64,000 bases of DNA from Octopus sinensis. Lineage: Eukaryota. This document shows positions 63,287 to 64,000 of this stretch, one piece after another. The notes beneath the pieces are model-generated. The model was not told where the DNA came from. It saw nothing but the letters and a program-made list of their open reading frames with translations, and searched no databases. Where the stretch lies: NCBI RefSeq assembly GCF_006345805.1, contig NC_043004.1, positions 95,542,001 to 95,606,000 on the forward strand. The letters run 5' to 3'. Within the stretch, counting starts at the first letter, position 1, and every line of letters starts with the position of its first letter. The position numbers and the translations under genes are program-made.

Positions 63287-64000
63287 TATATATACAAAAA
63301 AAAAAAACCGGATGAGTCCACTTAAAATTCACACATGCCAGGTTTTAATTATTTAAACAAAAATACACCATTTGTAATATATTCATTAGGATTTCAATAC
63401 ATGACACTGTGTAACATAACATAAGCAGGCTCAATGTCTGTGTTAACAACAAATAGAAACAACTTTACCATTAGTATTTTTACTTACATTCATTTATCTC
63501 TGCTTCTGTCCATCACCCACTCTCTTTTGCCATCTTCATCTGTATTACTATCTCATCATGCAGCATATATGTTTTCTATTCAAACTCCTCACCAACAACC
63601 AGTATGCAGCTGCCACTGTTACTTTATTGCACCATCGCCTACCATCCTATTACCTTCTTTTTCCTATCACACTCATACCTACAGTCTCTCTTCTCATCAC
63701 AATCCTAGTCTTGTTTCCATTAAAAAAAGTTGTAACAACAAGGAGTAGAGAGGATTTGAGTGCTCTCTAGCACTGTTTTCCCAATCAAAATCTCTCTTCA
63801 AAGTGGGTGGTGATGATGATGAAGATGAGGATGATTTACCAGAGCTAGCAAAAGAAAGGACTGATGGAAAAGGAGAAGGAAAAAGTAATCAAATAACCTG
63901 AAGTTATTTTGTAAAATAATCCCAATAATTAATTAGTACAGTAATGATTTTAATAAGATTGATAGACTGACTGGGATTATAGATTGCAAAGCTGAATGTT

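Noticed and set aside
63430-63905. Non-repetitive segment with strong minus-strand splice signals and a Ser-rich frame
   Set aside because: Every frame is interrupted by stops; it may be UTR or non-coding exon, but I cannot support a call.

Overview
This is repeat-saturated, AT-rich animal genomic DNA. From recall (not a search), the SINE families and the microsatellite load look like an octopus or other cephalopod genome. I can identify no intact protein-coding gene, rRNA, true tRNA gene or CRISPR array. Nearly all ORFs in the track are translated microsatellites or SINE read-throughs. The window contains five components. (1) At least five recurrent SINE-like families, labelled A-E here: A, B, D and E have tRNA-type A/B-box heads, and C has an RTE-type 3' tail ending in (GAT)n. 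(2) Decayed LINE ends: three RTE, one CR1, one R4-like with a restriction-like endonuclease, and a possible L1/Tx1 endonuclease. (3) Decayed Penelope-like elements, plus short (TA)n-anchored derivatives carrying hammerhead-ribozyme-like motifs. (4) DNA transposons: two mariner, one DD37D maT, one DD41D rosa-type, hAT MITEs, a TA-flanked MITE, a Helitron-type element and a foldback element. (5) Many long simple repeats. The best leads are the hammerhead-like motifs (33043-33080, 33583-33617, 57571-57670), module swapping among the SINEs, and repeated insertion into SINE A's internal (TA)n tract. A few isolated splice-site-bounded segments may belong to an unidentified host gene, but support is weak. 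Coordinates were counted by hand and most boundaries are approximate.
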